Positions 17,548 through 26,684 of a stretch of 50,864 nucleotides of DNA are shown piece by piece (positions within the stretch are counted from its first letter, which is position 1; each line of letters starts with the position of its first letter). The translations under genes and the position numbers were made by a program. Below the pieces are notes generated by a model, which saw only the letters and a list, made by a program, of their open reading frames with translations, made no database searches and was not told the DNA's origin. Source of the DNA: Thermoguttaceae bacterium (GTDB lineage Bacteria; Planctomycetota; Planctomycetia; Pirellulales; Thermoguttaceae); assembly GCA_039680305.1 (NCBI GenBank), contig JBDKTH010000436.1, positions 1-50,864 on the forward strand, read 5' to 3'.

Positions 17548-18204
17548 CTAGAACTGCATCGTTTCGATAACATAGTAAGCCCTGACCCGGGCAAACTCGC
17601 CGGCAGAAAGCTCGCGCTTTCCCGAGCTATCCGACAAGCTTGGCCAGGGATCGCGGACCATCACCCGCTGGATTTGCGGGCCCCGTTCGGTCATCTCGTA
17701 GATGACGGCGGTTACGACGACGGCGTGGCCCACCTCACCCTCGGGGTTCTCGTAGCCAACAATCACCGGCGTGCCGGTCTCCAATTGCCGCTTGAGAATC
17801 GCAAACGGGGGAGGGCCAAGGCCGACGGTCCCGGCGACCTGGAGCCGTTGCCCCTGGCCGTTCAGCGTCCAGCCGTTGAGGCTGGCCAGGATCTCCTCGG
17901 GAGAGCCGGGACGGTCGACGATCCGGCCAAAGGCGTTCTGGACGATTTCCTCTTGGCTGACCGCGATCCCCTTGGCCGACAGCGCCATCTGGATGCTGGC
18001 GGCCCAGCACCAGTTAGACTCTTGCTGCTGAGCCGCGTGGTAGTTCATCTTGGCCGTCTTAAGTCCCACGACTCCCACCCGTGTCGCAGGCCCCGACTCC
18101 CCGGCAGGTCTCTGGCAGCCCTCACACAGGCAGGCGAGAAGGACCAATGGAAGAAGGAGCATCTTCCAGGATCGGTACGCCCAAATCGCTTGCGTCATGT
18201 CCAT
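17548..18204 (-). CDS. Secreted papain-fold cysteine peptidase (C39-like)
   Basis: Signal/lipobox LLACLCEGC. Candidate catalytic Cys in QQESNWCWAASIQMAL and His in GEVGHAVVVTAV. Confidence 0.65.
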   Translation of the reverse strand: MDMTQAIWAYRSWKMLLLPLVLLACLCEGCQRPAGESGPATRVGVVGLKTAKMNYHAAQQQESNWCWAASIQMALSAKGIAVSQEEIVQNAFGRIVDRPGSPEEILASLNGWTLNGQGQRLQVAGTVGLGPPPFAILKRQLETGTPVIVGYENPEGEVGHAVVVTAVIYEMTERGPQIQRVMVRDPWPSLSDSSGKRELSAGEFARVRAYYVIETMQF

Positions 18205-18244
18205 CGCCCCAAGCCCTCCTCCGACGCGTCGTCGCCGATCTGGT

Positions 18245-18805
18245 TTAGCCGTACTGCGACATGAGCCGCTCGATCTCCTCGTTCTTCCCGGTCGCAGTCA
18301 CCAAACGCTCTTCGAGGTTCTCGCGTTCGTAGGAATCCAGCGAAGGATCCTGCAGCCTGGCCTGGCAGGCTTCAATCTCCCCATGGTTGCGCTGCCACTG
18401 ATTTAGGAGGCGGGCATAGACGACCGACGGGAGCTTCGGCCGCAGTCCGAGAAGCCGCTGGCCAAGCTTCTGGGACTGGGCCAGCGACTCGGCCGAGCGC
18501 AGGGCCGTAGCCGGCGCGACGGAACGGAGGGACCGTAGGGGGGCCTGGGGCTTCCGGGCGGCGATCTGGCGTTTCGCCGGAGAGGCGGGTTTCGGCAGCA
18601 CTTTGGCCACCGGGCCGGCGGCGTGCTCCTCCAGTTTCTTCACCACGGTCGGAACCGGCTTCGGCTTCAACGGCCGGACGGTTGGCGAGGCAGGGCACTT
18701 CTGGAGCCATTTGCCGATCACTCGGCCGGCCTGGCCCACCTTGCTACAACCTGACGGGACGATAAGAAGGGTCAGTAACAGCACAAGACTAGTCTCGCGG
18801 TTCAT
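18245..18805 (-). CDS. Lipoprotein with Pro/Lys-rich linker and helical C-terminus
   Basis: MNRETSLVLLLTLLIVPSGC lipobox. Confidence 0.6.
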   Translation of the reverse strand: MNRETSLVLLLTLLIVPSGCSKVGQAGRVIGKWLQKCPASPTVRPLKPKPVPTVVKKLEEHAAGPVAKVLPKPASPAKRQIAARKPQAPLRSLRSVAPATALRSAESLAQSQKLGQRLLGLRPKLPSVVYARLLNQWQRNHGEIEACQARLQDPSLDSYERENLEERLVTATGKNEEIERLMSQYG

Positions 18806-18847
18806 TGTTTCTCCTCTTTCTGTCCAAGAGCCGCAGTTGGCGGAGGC

Positions 18848-19744
18848 CTATTGGTGATCGGCCGGTTGGGGCTCCTGGAGCTTCTGCTGGTTTTGCACGA
18901 GCGTGATCGGTCCGCTGATCGTGGTGCGGACCGTCGTCCCCACCTCAACGACGTCCTCCTCCAGTTTCATCACCCCCTCGCCGTTGGTTTGGTCGCAAAA
19001 GGACACGAGCGATCGATGCGTGGTCAGGTGGGCTGAGACGGAGATCCGTGTTTCACTCCCCGCCTCATCCAGCATCGTTCCTGTGGCCATAAGGTGAGAG
19101 CGGATCACTGCACAGGGCTCTCCGTCACGCTTCGAAACGCTTTCCAACTGGCAAGTCATGCTGCCGCTGGGATGGTGGATTCCCGCCCCCAGAGCCCTCT
19201 GCAGGGCCGCGCCTTGGACCGTCCACGACTCGCCGATCGTTACCGGATCGGTCGGCAGAGAGGTCTCGTCGAGGGGGTCGGCATATTCGGCAAGCTCCTT
19301 CGCCTGGGCGGGCGTTGGCTCCTTGCCGAAGAGTCTCTTCTGCCACTGGCCGTCCACCCGCTCGAACACGACCGTCTCGGCCTGAAGAATCCCTGGTTCC
19401 GTGCTTTCCTGGAGTTTTCCGTCGGGCCCCTCAACGGTCATTGCGGTCTGGTCGATCACGTGGCAGACCGTCAGCTTGGTCGCTTGTCCACGCCGGTCCA
19501 CGGCGAGGATGTGGGTCTCGCGGACCTGGTGCGTCTCCGAAGCCACCTTGCCCTCGGTGGCGTTGTCCTGCACCGAGAGAAGAATCCGGCCCTTGGGCAT
19601 CGAAAAGCGGAGTTCCTCGCGAAGGACGTCTCCGGCCTTGTACGTGGCCTGAAGCTCGTAGGTCTGCTTCCCGCAACCGGCCAGCGGAAGGAAGAGGTTT
19701 AACCCCCAAAGGATCGCAATCAGACGTCCCGATCGCTGCCACAT
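18848..19744 (-). CDS. Lipoprotein, beta-rich, unknown function
   Basis: Internal ATG at 19744 gives MWQRSGRLIAILWGLNLFLPLAGC (lipobox). Confidence 0.65.
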   Translation of the reverse strand: MWQRSGRLIAILWGLNLFLPLAGCGKQTYELQATYKAGDVLREELRFSMPKGRILLSVQDNATEGKVASETHQVRETHILAVDRRGQATKLTVCHVIDQTAMTVEGPDGKLQESTEPGILQAETVVFERVDGQWQKRLFGKEPTPAQAKELAEYADPLDETSLPTDPVTIGESWTVQGAALQRALGAGIHHPSGSMTCQLESVSKRDGEPCAVIRSHLMATGTMLDEAGSETRISVSAHLTTHRSLVSFCDQTNGEGVMKLEEDVVEVGTTVRTTISGPITLVQNQQKLQEPQPADHQ

Positions 19745-19977
19745 TTCCGATACCCCCTTTCCTTGGTGCCAGCCAGAAAAGAGACGCCAAGACTGCACGC
19801 CCCGGAGTCCGCTTTCCGCCGTACCGCCTCAAAGTTGCCTGCGTGTTCCTGTTTGCCGGCCAAGTCATTCAACTCAGCGCTCACGGACGCCCATTCCAAG
19901 GCCAGTCAGCGTTGCTGAGCTTTGGATTTACTGGACGAGCCGGCCAGCTTCCGGCCCCCTCTTGCATGTTATGGCAT

Positions 19978-20022
19978 TGTAGACGATCCTCTGTCGATAC
20001 ATCATCTGTAGAATAATCGTCT
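19978..20022 (+). promoter_or_regulatory. Operator-like repeats upstream of the XRE gene
   Basis: TGTAGA occurs twice (19978-19983, 20007-20012). 7-bp inverted repeat AGACGAT (19981-19987) / ATCGTCT (20016-20022). TAGAAT -10-like hexamer at 20009-20014. Local AT-rich dip. Confidence 0.3.
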
Positions 20023-20043
20023 TCGCTAGGGCACGCTAGCCCC

Positions 20044-20286
20044 ATGGCGAAGAAAATCGAACTAGCCTTTGGGGAAGCCGTCCGCCGCAGGCGTCAGCAA
20101 CTGGGCCTGTCCCAGGAAGCCTATGCCGACAAAGCCGGCATTCATCGCACGTATGTCAGCGCGATTGAGCTTGGCAAAGTGCAAGTGAGCATTGGAATTG
20201 CGCACAAACTCGCCGTCGCTTTGGAGGTGCCGCTAAGCAGACTCTGGAGCGATGTGGAACGCGTGATGGCGAAGGGGGATCCGTAG
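20044..20286 (+). CDS. XRE-family HTH regulator resembling R-M controller (C) proteins
   Basis: 80 aa. RRRRQQLGLSQEAYADKAGIHRTYVSAIELGKVQVSIGIAHKLAVALEVPLSRLW parallels the C-protein pattern ...HRTYI..IERG..N.S...L.KLA.AL. Confidence 0.85.
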   Translation: MAKKIELAFGEAVRRRRQQLGLSQEAYADKAGIHRTYVSAIELGKVQVSIGIAHKLAVALEVPLSRLWSDVERVMAKGDP

Positions 20287-20876
20287 GCAAACACCGCTCA
20301 CCCCGGGCCTCCGTCAGACTTTGTCCGTGGACGGGATACCTCGCCACTTCTTTGAGACATCGGGGGGGACCGAGAGATTGAGGGGAGGAAGCAATGCGAC
20401 CCCCTCCATTTGAGGGTAATCGCGGGCATTGGGGCCAATCATGAGGCAGCAGCTTGGCGTGAATGCTGTTCGGGACTGGGCTCGGCGACGTGCATGCCCC
20501 GCTCCACGAAAGACGCGAGGAGCAGTTCGTGGAGAAGTGTGAAGGGCGGACAGAAAGCGTAGCGCCGGGCGGTCGAGAAACGTAACGCCCGATACCTACT
20601 CTACCCTCCGCCAGAGGGTCCGTCTAGCCATGTCTCTCCTGCCCTTCCTGCCCGGCGCCATCGTGGCCTTCCTCCCGCTTCCCACCGCGAGGCCTCGGAT
20701 TGGGGAGCATCGAATGGCTCCCTTCGTACTCGCCGCAGCTCCATCCTCACTAGCACTGCTGACGGTCTTCAGGCCGTTCAGCAGCCGGGTGCGAGCCTGA
20801 TTCAAGCGTTGGTGTTCGCTGGCCAGGAGGTCCACCACAGATTGCTTTTTCGGATCGTTCTGCCAGAGGCAAGACT

Positions 20877-21470
20877 TCAGCCACGATCACTTGGATGGCG
20901 TTGGCGTTCTAGCGCCATGCCGTAATGGTACGGCGGCAAGTTCACTATTCCCGGAGCTAAAAGCCAAAAGCCCGCCTTGATGGCCCAGTCGCAGCACTGT
21001 TCCGGGCGGGGACGAATCTCCATCGACGGGCCGCGCGGCGTGGAGGGATCGTAGTTCCAGTGAATGATGCCCAAACGCCCGCCTGGAGCCAAGACACGGT
21101 ACGACTCACGCAGCAGCCGTTCTGGCTGTTCGGCATGGAGGATGTTGAACAGCATTACGTAGTCCACGCTGGCCGGTGGAAGCCCCGCCCCATCCGAGAC
21201 GAAATCCCGCAGGCAGATCCGCACGTTCCGCAAACCCTCCGCCTCGGTCTTGGACCGCGTGACGGCCACCATGTCAGGTTCGATGTCGAGGGCATGGACC
21301 GTCCCTCGCACGACCCTCGCAGCGGGAATCGTGAAGGTGCCGTAGCCACAACCGAACTCCACAACGTCCCGGCACGATGGAGTCAGTTTGAGTGATCGCA
21401 GGATCGCCTCGGCATCGAAGAATTGGCTCCACATCTCTTCTTCGGGCATGCCGCTTTCACGGGTCTTCAT
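20877..21470 (-). CDS. Class I SAM-dependent methyltransferase
   Basis: Motif I VVEFGCGYGTFT, then VHALDIEPDMV, then DYVMLFNILH. Confidence 0.85.
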   Translation of the reverse strand: MKTRESGMPEEEMWSQFFDAEAILRSLKLTPSCRDVVEFGCGYGTFTIPAARVVRGTVHALDIEPDMVAVTRSKTEAEGLRNVRICLRDFVSDGAGLPPASVDYVMLFNILHAEQPERLLRESYRVLAPGGRLGIIHWNYDPSTPRGPSMEIRPRPEQCCDWAIKAGFWLLAPGIVNLPPYHYGMALERQRHPSDRG

Positions 21471-21474
21471 GATG

Positions 21475-22284
21475 TCATTCCTCCATGCTACCTGCTGCCC
21501 GCATGGCGTGCGAGAATGCCTCGAAGCAGCAGCTCAGGATTCGCTGATGGATGTCAGCCGGCCCCTTATCGAAGTCATTCGCCGTCGTGGCGAATGTGTT
21601 CGTCACATGGAGCAAAGACGCAATCTTCGCCCCGCTCACCTGCGATAACGCCATGAGGGCAGCCGCCTCCATTTCCACGGTCAAAACGCCTTCAGCCCGG
21701 TGATGCTCGATCTGCGATCGCGTCTCGCGGTATGGCGCATCGGTTGTCCAGGTCGGCCCCCGGTGGACGGGCAGGCCGCACTGCGCGGCGTGTCGGGCGA
21801 GGATCGCCCCCAGACTCCCGCTCGCCTCCACCCAACTGGCCGGAGGAAGATAGTGGTACGACGTGCCTTCGTCGCGCAAGGCTCGGTCAGGCACCACCAG
21901 ACACGGCAGCCGGAGCCAATCGGCCACTGCGCCCGAGGAACTGTAGCCGATGAGATACCTGCATCCGCACGCAATCAGTTGTTCCGCGACGAGGACGGCG
22001 AATGGGGCACCAACCGTCCCGGCGATCAGCCCCATACAGAATCCGTTTTGCTCCAGTCGCAGAAGTGTCGTATGGAAGCACGGCCAGACAGGAGACGGCG
22101 TGGCACCAAACCACTCGACCGCGACGGGGGCCAACTCGCCGTCGAAATCCAGCACGCAACACGAAGGCAGGCTCCCCCGCTCCTTGCCCATCATCTCCGA
22201 GGCCCTTGCCAGAAGGTTTTCCGGCCGGAAGACGGCGGCTTCGCCCAAGCGGTGCTTCAACAGGGGGACGTTTTCTGAACTCAT
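21475..22284 (-). CDS. PNP/UDP-family nucleoside phosphorylase-like protein (start uncertain)
   Basis: GTVGAPFAVLVAEQL, TWTTDAPYRET and VEMEAAALMAL are hallmarks of the phosphorylase superfamily. Confidence 0.7.
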   Translation of the reverse strand: MSSENVPLLKHRLGEAAVFRPENLLARASEMMGKERGSLPSCCVLDFDGELAPVAVEWFGATPSPVWPCFHTTLLRLEQNGFCMGLIAGTVGAPFAVLVAEQLIACGCRYLIGYSSSGAVADWLRLPCLVVPDRALRDEGTSYHYLPPASWVEASGSLGAILARHAAQCGLPVHRGPTWTTDAPYRETRSQIEHHRAEGVLTVEMEAAALMALSQVSGAKIASLLHVTNTFATTANDFDKGPADIHQRILSCCFEAFSHAMRAAGSMEE

Positions 22285-22330
22285 TGGTGCATTGGATGAT
22301 GAACAGACAAAATTGCAGCGGACTTGTGTC

Positions 22331-22663
22331 TCAGTGCGTGTAGTCGAGGATGGGAATATCCGGTCCGACCCGCCTTCGCACCGCCTCGACCAGTACTTGC
22401 GCATGAGGGCATGCAAACCCGATTGGCGTTCCCTTGACGATACACGAGGCGAGGGCGATTGCCTGTGCGCCTCGCTCCACCATCATCTTCGCACGCGCCG
22501 CCGCCCGCTTTCCGGGGCAGCCCCCACAGGACACGAACCCGACGATTTCGACCGCACCAGTGGTTTCAAATGCGGCCATCCCCTCTCGTGCGACCTTGAA
22601 ATCCGTTGTGCCGGGACACATGTCTTCGGTCTGCTGGCACCGAATGATGGCTACTCTTAGCAT
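22331..22663 (-). CDS. CGGC-domain protein
   Basis: 110 aa. IIRCQQTEDMCPG...GFVSCGGCPGKRA...ASCIVKG...CPH. Confidence 0.8.
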   Translation of the reverse strand: MLRVAIIRCQQTEDMCPGTTDFKVAREGMAAFETTGAVEIVGFVSCGGCPGKRAAARAKMMVERGAQAIALASCIVKGTPIGFACPHAQVLVEAVRRRVGPDIPILDYTH

Positions 22664-22710
22664 GCAATTCTCCTTCCTTCGCTTTACCCAAATTCAATCA
22701 AGGTGACACC

Positions 22711-24315
22711 TCAGCGGTTATGATCGGCAACCATTCGCCTCTCTTCATCGCCGAAGAGCTGTTGTTCTATCAATCGCGCCCCGAGTCCGCGCACGGCCTT
22801 GATGAGCAAGTCAAAATCGGCACGGCGGCTGCGGTGGTTGGTGACGGCAACACGGATCGCAAAGTGGCCTCGAATTCTCGTGCCAGAAGTCACGGCAGTG
22901 CCGCTCTCCTGGAGTTGGCACAGTATCTCGTGGTTCAGTGCGTCGAGAACCTCCTCGTCGTATCCTGCCGGCCGGAACCGGAAACAAACGATGTTGAGCG
23001 AGACGGGAGCAAGACACTCCATGTCGGCCGATTGTTCAATGACGCTCGCCAAATAGCGGGCCTGCTGGATGTTTTGCTCGATGAGCCGTCCGTAAGTGGC
23101 AACGCCGTGAACTTTGAATGACATCCAGACCTTCAGCGCCTTGAAGCTGCGCGAAAGATCGAGTCCGAGATCGGCGAAGACCATCGGCTCGGCGAGAATG
23201 CCCCGATTGGCCGCCGTCAGGTAAGCCGGTGCAACGGCGAAGGTCTGGCGATGGCATTCCGGCTTGCGAACCAACGCGCATCCGACCTCAAAGGGCAGGT
23301 ACAGCCACTTGTGGAGATCGACGCCAAGCGAATCGGCCAACTCCAGGCCGCGGACGAGCTCGCGCGAGGTCTGGCTGATGGCCGCCCATGCACCGAACGC
23401 GCCGTCCACGTGAAACCACAAGTCCTTTTCGCGGCAGATCTCTGCCAGGGCCCGGAGATCGTCGAAGGCCCCCGTATTTACCGTGCCGGCGTTCCCGATG
23501 ATGCAGATGGGCCGGAATCCCAGCGAACGGTCCTCGTCGATCGCGGCGCGAAGCGCAGCGAGGTCGATCCTGAAGTCTTCACCTACCGGGACTCGGCGCA
23601 AGGCCCGGTTGCCCAGGCCCAGAAGTTCCACCGCCCTCTGCGCCCAGCTATGCGTCTCCGTTGAGCCGTAGACGACAAGCCGGCAATAGGCAGGCTCTTG
23701 GAGTCCATCGCGCCGGACATCGAATCCAGCCTTCACGTTGCGTGCAACGGCTAAGCCGATCAGGTTTCCCACGGACGCCCCGCTTACGAGCAAACCGCTG
23801 CTTTGCTCGGGGAGGCCCAGAAGCTCCGCGAGCCACTCGATCACTTGGCGCTCGACAACCGGGGCGGCTTGGTCGTAGCCGGCACCATGCGCGTTCATGC
23901 CGGAGGCGAGCATGTCGGCCAACATGCCGATCGTCGTGCCGGTGCCCATCACCCAGCCCCAGAAGCGAGGGTGCGTATTCCCGGTGGGGTAGGGAAGGAT
24001 CGCCTGCTTGAACTCTTCGTAGACATCCCGGGCATCCGTCGGCTCAAACGGCACGGGCGCGCGGAGACGCTGTTTGGTCGCTTCGGGCATCGGCTGCCAG
24101 ACGGCGCGATCGCGCACGGTCGCAATGCTGTCGAACATGTCGTCGAGCATCTGGTGGCCAAGCGTGCGAAGGGTGTTCCAGTCTTCCGGGTCCAGCGTCT
24201 CCTCGCCCGGCGGGGCGCCGTCGCACCGCAGATCATTCCACTCCTCCCGGCTTCGGGATGCCGTGCCGCCAATGTGATCCATGCTCAAGCTCCCTCGATC
24301 CATACCCGAGGTCAC
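22711..24315 (-). CDS. Group II pyridoxal-phosphate-dependent decarboxylase
   Basis: HPRFWGWVMG, SGASVGNLIGLAVAR, HVDGAFGAWA, and PLP lysine in DLHKWLYLPFEVGCALVR. Confidence 0.9.
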   Translation of the reverse strand: MTSGMDRGSLSMDHIGGTASRSREEWNDLRCDGAPPGEETLDPEDWNTLRTLGHQMLDDMFDSIATVRDRAVWQPMPEATKQRLRAPVPFEPTDARDVYEEFKQAILPYPTGNTHPRFWGWVMGTGTTIGMLADMLASGMNAHGAGYDQAAPVVERQVIEWLAELLGLPEQSSGLLVSGASVGNLIGLAVARNVKAGFDVRRDGLQEPAYCRLVVYGSTETHSWAQRAVELLGLGNRALRRVPVGEDFRIDLAALRAAIDEDRSLGFRPICIIGNAGTVNTGAFDDLRALAEICREKDLWFHVDGAFGAWAAISQTSRELVRGLELADSLGVDLHKWLYLPFEVGCALVRKPECHRQTFAVAPAYLTAANRGILAEPMVFADLGLDLSRSFKALKVWMSFKVHGVATYGRLIEQNIQQARYLASVIEQSADMECLAPVSLNIVCFRFRPAGYDEEVLDALNHEILCQLQESGTAVTSGTRIRGHFAIRVAVTNHRSRRADFDLLIKAVRGLGARLIEQQLFGDEERRMVADHNR

Positions 24316-24453
24316 GCCAGGCCCTCTTGCACAGGATATGCGAATATTCTAATATGATGATACTCGGGATGCTTCCGGCAGACAAGCGGAATAAGCCCTG
24401 CTTGCCGATCGTATTCTCGCCCTGACAAGACTTGGGTTTGACCGAGGTGTGCT

Positions 24454-24617
24454 ATGAAACTCGGAATTGTGCTCTCCCCCATGGAACCAGAGACGATATT
24501 CAACGCCTTGCGTTTGGGAAACTGCGCCACTCGCAAGGATCGGAACTCTGCCCGCTATCGACAATGAAGGACTTGTACGAAATCGTGCGCGACTGCGACC
24601 GGGTTGTTACGTTCTGA
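24454..24617 (+). pseudogene. DsrE/DsrF-like protein remnant (internal deletion plus frameshift)
   Basis: MKLGIVLSPMEPETIFNALRLGNCATRK... stops at 24567. A second frame ends ...STMKDLYEIVRDCDRVVTF-stop (24617). These look like the N- and C-termini of a DsrE-family protein (full-length members, as I recall, are roughly 115 aa) with the middle missing. Confidence 0.5.
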
Positions 24618-24893
24618 CGATCACCGCGGCTTCACTGCGTAAATTCCCACCGGGGCTGCGTACTCGTTGACGCCCTACCGGCGAAACATATCGGCCAGAC
24701 GCTTCTACGGGCTTGCCTTGAGAGGTTGTGAAGAGCGACAATCAGTCGTCGCCGCAATGGAAGGCGCATCGCCCGCTGGGGGCAGCAACTCGACTGGTTT
24801 TCAAGTTTGGCGTAGCCATTCAAGTCAGCCGCCGGCCCCACGACAAGGACGGCGAGCGTCGCCCGCACGAAGCTCCACGGACAAAAAGCGTTC

Positions 24894-26105
24894 TCACCGA
24901 ACGATCGTGGTCAGCGACTCCACCACACGTTCTACTTCAGCCAAGGTCGTCGTCCGACCTAGGCTGAAGCGAATGGCGCCAAGCCCCACCCGTTCATCGA
25001 CCCCCATTGCCCTGAGGACCGGACTCATTTCGGCCTGTCCTGCGTGACAGGCAGAGCCCGTGGATGCCGCCACGCCCTCCAGTCGCGAGAGCACCTCCTC
25101 GCCGTGGCAACCCGGAAAACTGACGTTCAGCGTGTTCGGAAGCCGCTCGGCCGGATGGCCGTTGAGTACCACCCGGTCCCCAAAACGCTCGCGCAGGAGT
25201 CGCCAGAACTGCTCGGTGAGGTCGCCGACCCGATCATCATGCACCCAGTGCTGAGCAACATGACACGCCGCCCCAAGGCCAACGATCAACAACGCGCTTT
25301 CCGTGCCAGGCCGCCGGCCGGCCTCCTGTGGGCCTCCGTGCAGCAAGGGCTCCAAGGCCACCCCCTCGCGCACGTAGATCGCTCCCACGCCTTTCGGCGA
25401 GTACAGCTTGTGGCCCGCAATGCTCAGCAGGTCCACTCCTAGCGTTTCGACATCGACGGGAATCTTGCCGATCGTCTGCGCGGCGTCCGTGTGAGACAGC
25501 ACGTCCCGCTCCCGGGCAATCTCCGCTATCTCGGCAATCGGCTCCAGCGTCCCCACCTCATTGTTCGCGTGCATCACCGAGATCAGGACCGTCTCAGAGC
25601 GGATCACGCGGCGAACGTCGTCGGGGTCAATCCGTCCATAGCGATCCACGGGCAAATAGGTAACCTCCGCTCCGAGCCGCTCCAAGAATCGGCACGGCTC
25701 CAAGATGGCCGGGTGCTCGATCTGCGTCGTGATGAAATGGGGACGGTCGATTCGGGCTTTGGCGGAGTAGAACGCGCCCAAAAGCGCGGAGTTGTTCGAC
25801 TCGGTGCCACCCGACGTGAAAACCACCTCGGTGGGATCACATCCGACGAGCATGGCCAGTTTCAACCGGGCCGCCTCCACGGCGTCATGCGCTGCGGCAC
25901 CCGCCCAATGCGTGCTGGATGGATTGCCGAACTTATCCGTGAGATACGGCGTCATGGCGGCCACCACCTCCGGAGCCAGCGGAGTGGAGGCGTTGAAGTC
26001 GAGGTAGATGCGGCCTGTGCTTTGCCCTGCTCGACGAGAATCACCTGCATCGATTCCCGGCAGAAGGCGCCCCCGTCCTACGACAGTGTTCCTGTCACTC
26101 GCCAT
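24894..26105 (-). CDS. Cysteine desulfurase (NifS/IscS class V aminotransferase)
   Basis: FTSGGTESNN, HANNEVG, HTDAAQ, PLP lysine in SIAGHKLYSPKGVGAIYVR, active-site loop STGSACHAG. Confidence 0.9.
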   Translation of the reverse strand: MASDRNTVVGRGRLLPGIDAGDSRRAGQSTGRIYLDFNASTPLAPEVVAAMTPYLTDKFGNPSSTHWAGAAAHDAVEAARLKLAMLVGCDPTEVVFTSGGTESNNSALLGAFYSAKARIDRPHFITTQIEHPAILEPCRFLERLGAEVTYLPVDRYGRIDPDDVRRVIRSETVLISVMHANNEVGTLEPIAEIAEIARERDVLSHTDAAQTIGKIPVDVETLGVDLLSIAGHKLYSPKGVGAIYVREGVALEPLLHGGPQEAGRRPGTESALLIVGLGAACHVAQHWVHDDRVGDLTEQFWRLLRERFGDRVVLNGHPAERLPNTLNVSFPGCHGEEVLSRLEGVAASTGSACHAGQAEMSPVLRAMGVDERVGLGAIRFSLGRTTTLAEVERVVESLTTIVR

Positions 26106-26129
26106 TCCAGTGGTAAACTTGTCGTGAAC

Positions 26130-26489
26130 CTACTCTACTGGGTGAGCCAAGGTTCGACCGGCACGTTCCTTCTCCATCTTGATTTGTTGCGTCGTCCGCT
26201 TGATGGCCGGTTCGTCTCTGGCCATCAACCGTAGGATGTCCCGCACCAGCTTCGGCCGTGCAAGGTAGTAGCAGCGAAGCCCTCCATCCTGGGCGAAATC
26301 GACCATTTTGGCGTTGCGAAGGACCGCCAAGTGCTGCGAGATGTTCGCCTGCTTCGCCGGCAGCAACTCCTCCATGTCCGTCACGCACTTCGTCCCTTCC
26401 GCAAGCTCTTGGAGAATCATCAGGCGGATGGGGTGGGCAAACGCCTTCAGCGTTTCCGCAATCAGTGCCGGGTCGAACGTGTCTGCCAT
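26130..26489 (-). CDS. ArsR/SmtB-family transcriptional regulator
   Basis: FAHPIRLMILQELAEGTKCVTDMEELLPAKQANISQHLAVLRNAKMV. GAGGGA RBS before the MADTF start. Confidence 0.85.
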   Translation of the reverse strand: MADTFDPALIAETLKAFAHPIRLMILQELAEGTKCVTDMEELLPAKQANISQHLAVLRNAKMVDFAQDGGLRCYYLARPKLVRDILRLMARDEPAIKRTTQQIKMEKERAGRTLAHPVE

Positions 26490-26684
26490 GGCGGGTCCCT
26501 CATGTCGCATTCGAATGTTAGAATATCCTAATCCGATCTGCCTGCTGGGGCAAGCCCAGCCACCCCGCCGTCGCCGAAGAATGGCCGCCAAATAGACATC
26601 CCGCAGTTGGTGTCTAAAGGGCGGAGAGATCCTTTATAATGCTGACTGACAAGTAGATCTTCAGCTTCAAAGGGAGGGGGAGGC

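Noticed and set aside
24632-24868. 78-aa minus-strand ORF between the cysteine desulfurase and the decarboxylase
   Set aside because: It has no RBS or motif and an Arg-rich second half. It is probably non-coding or another remnant.
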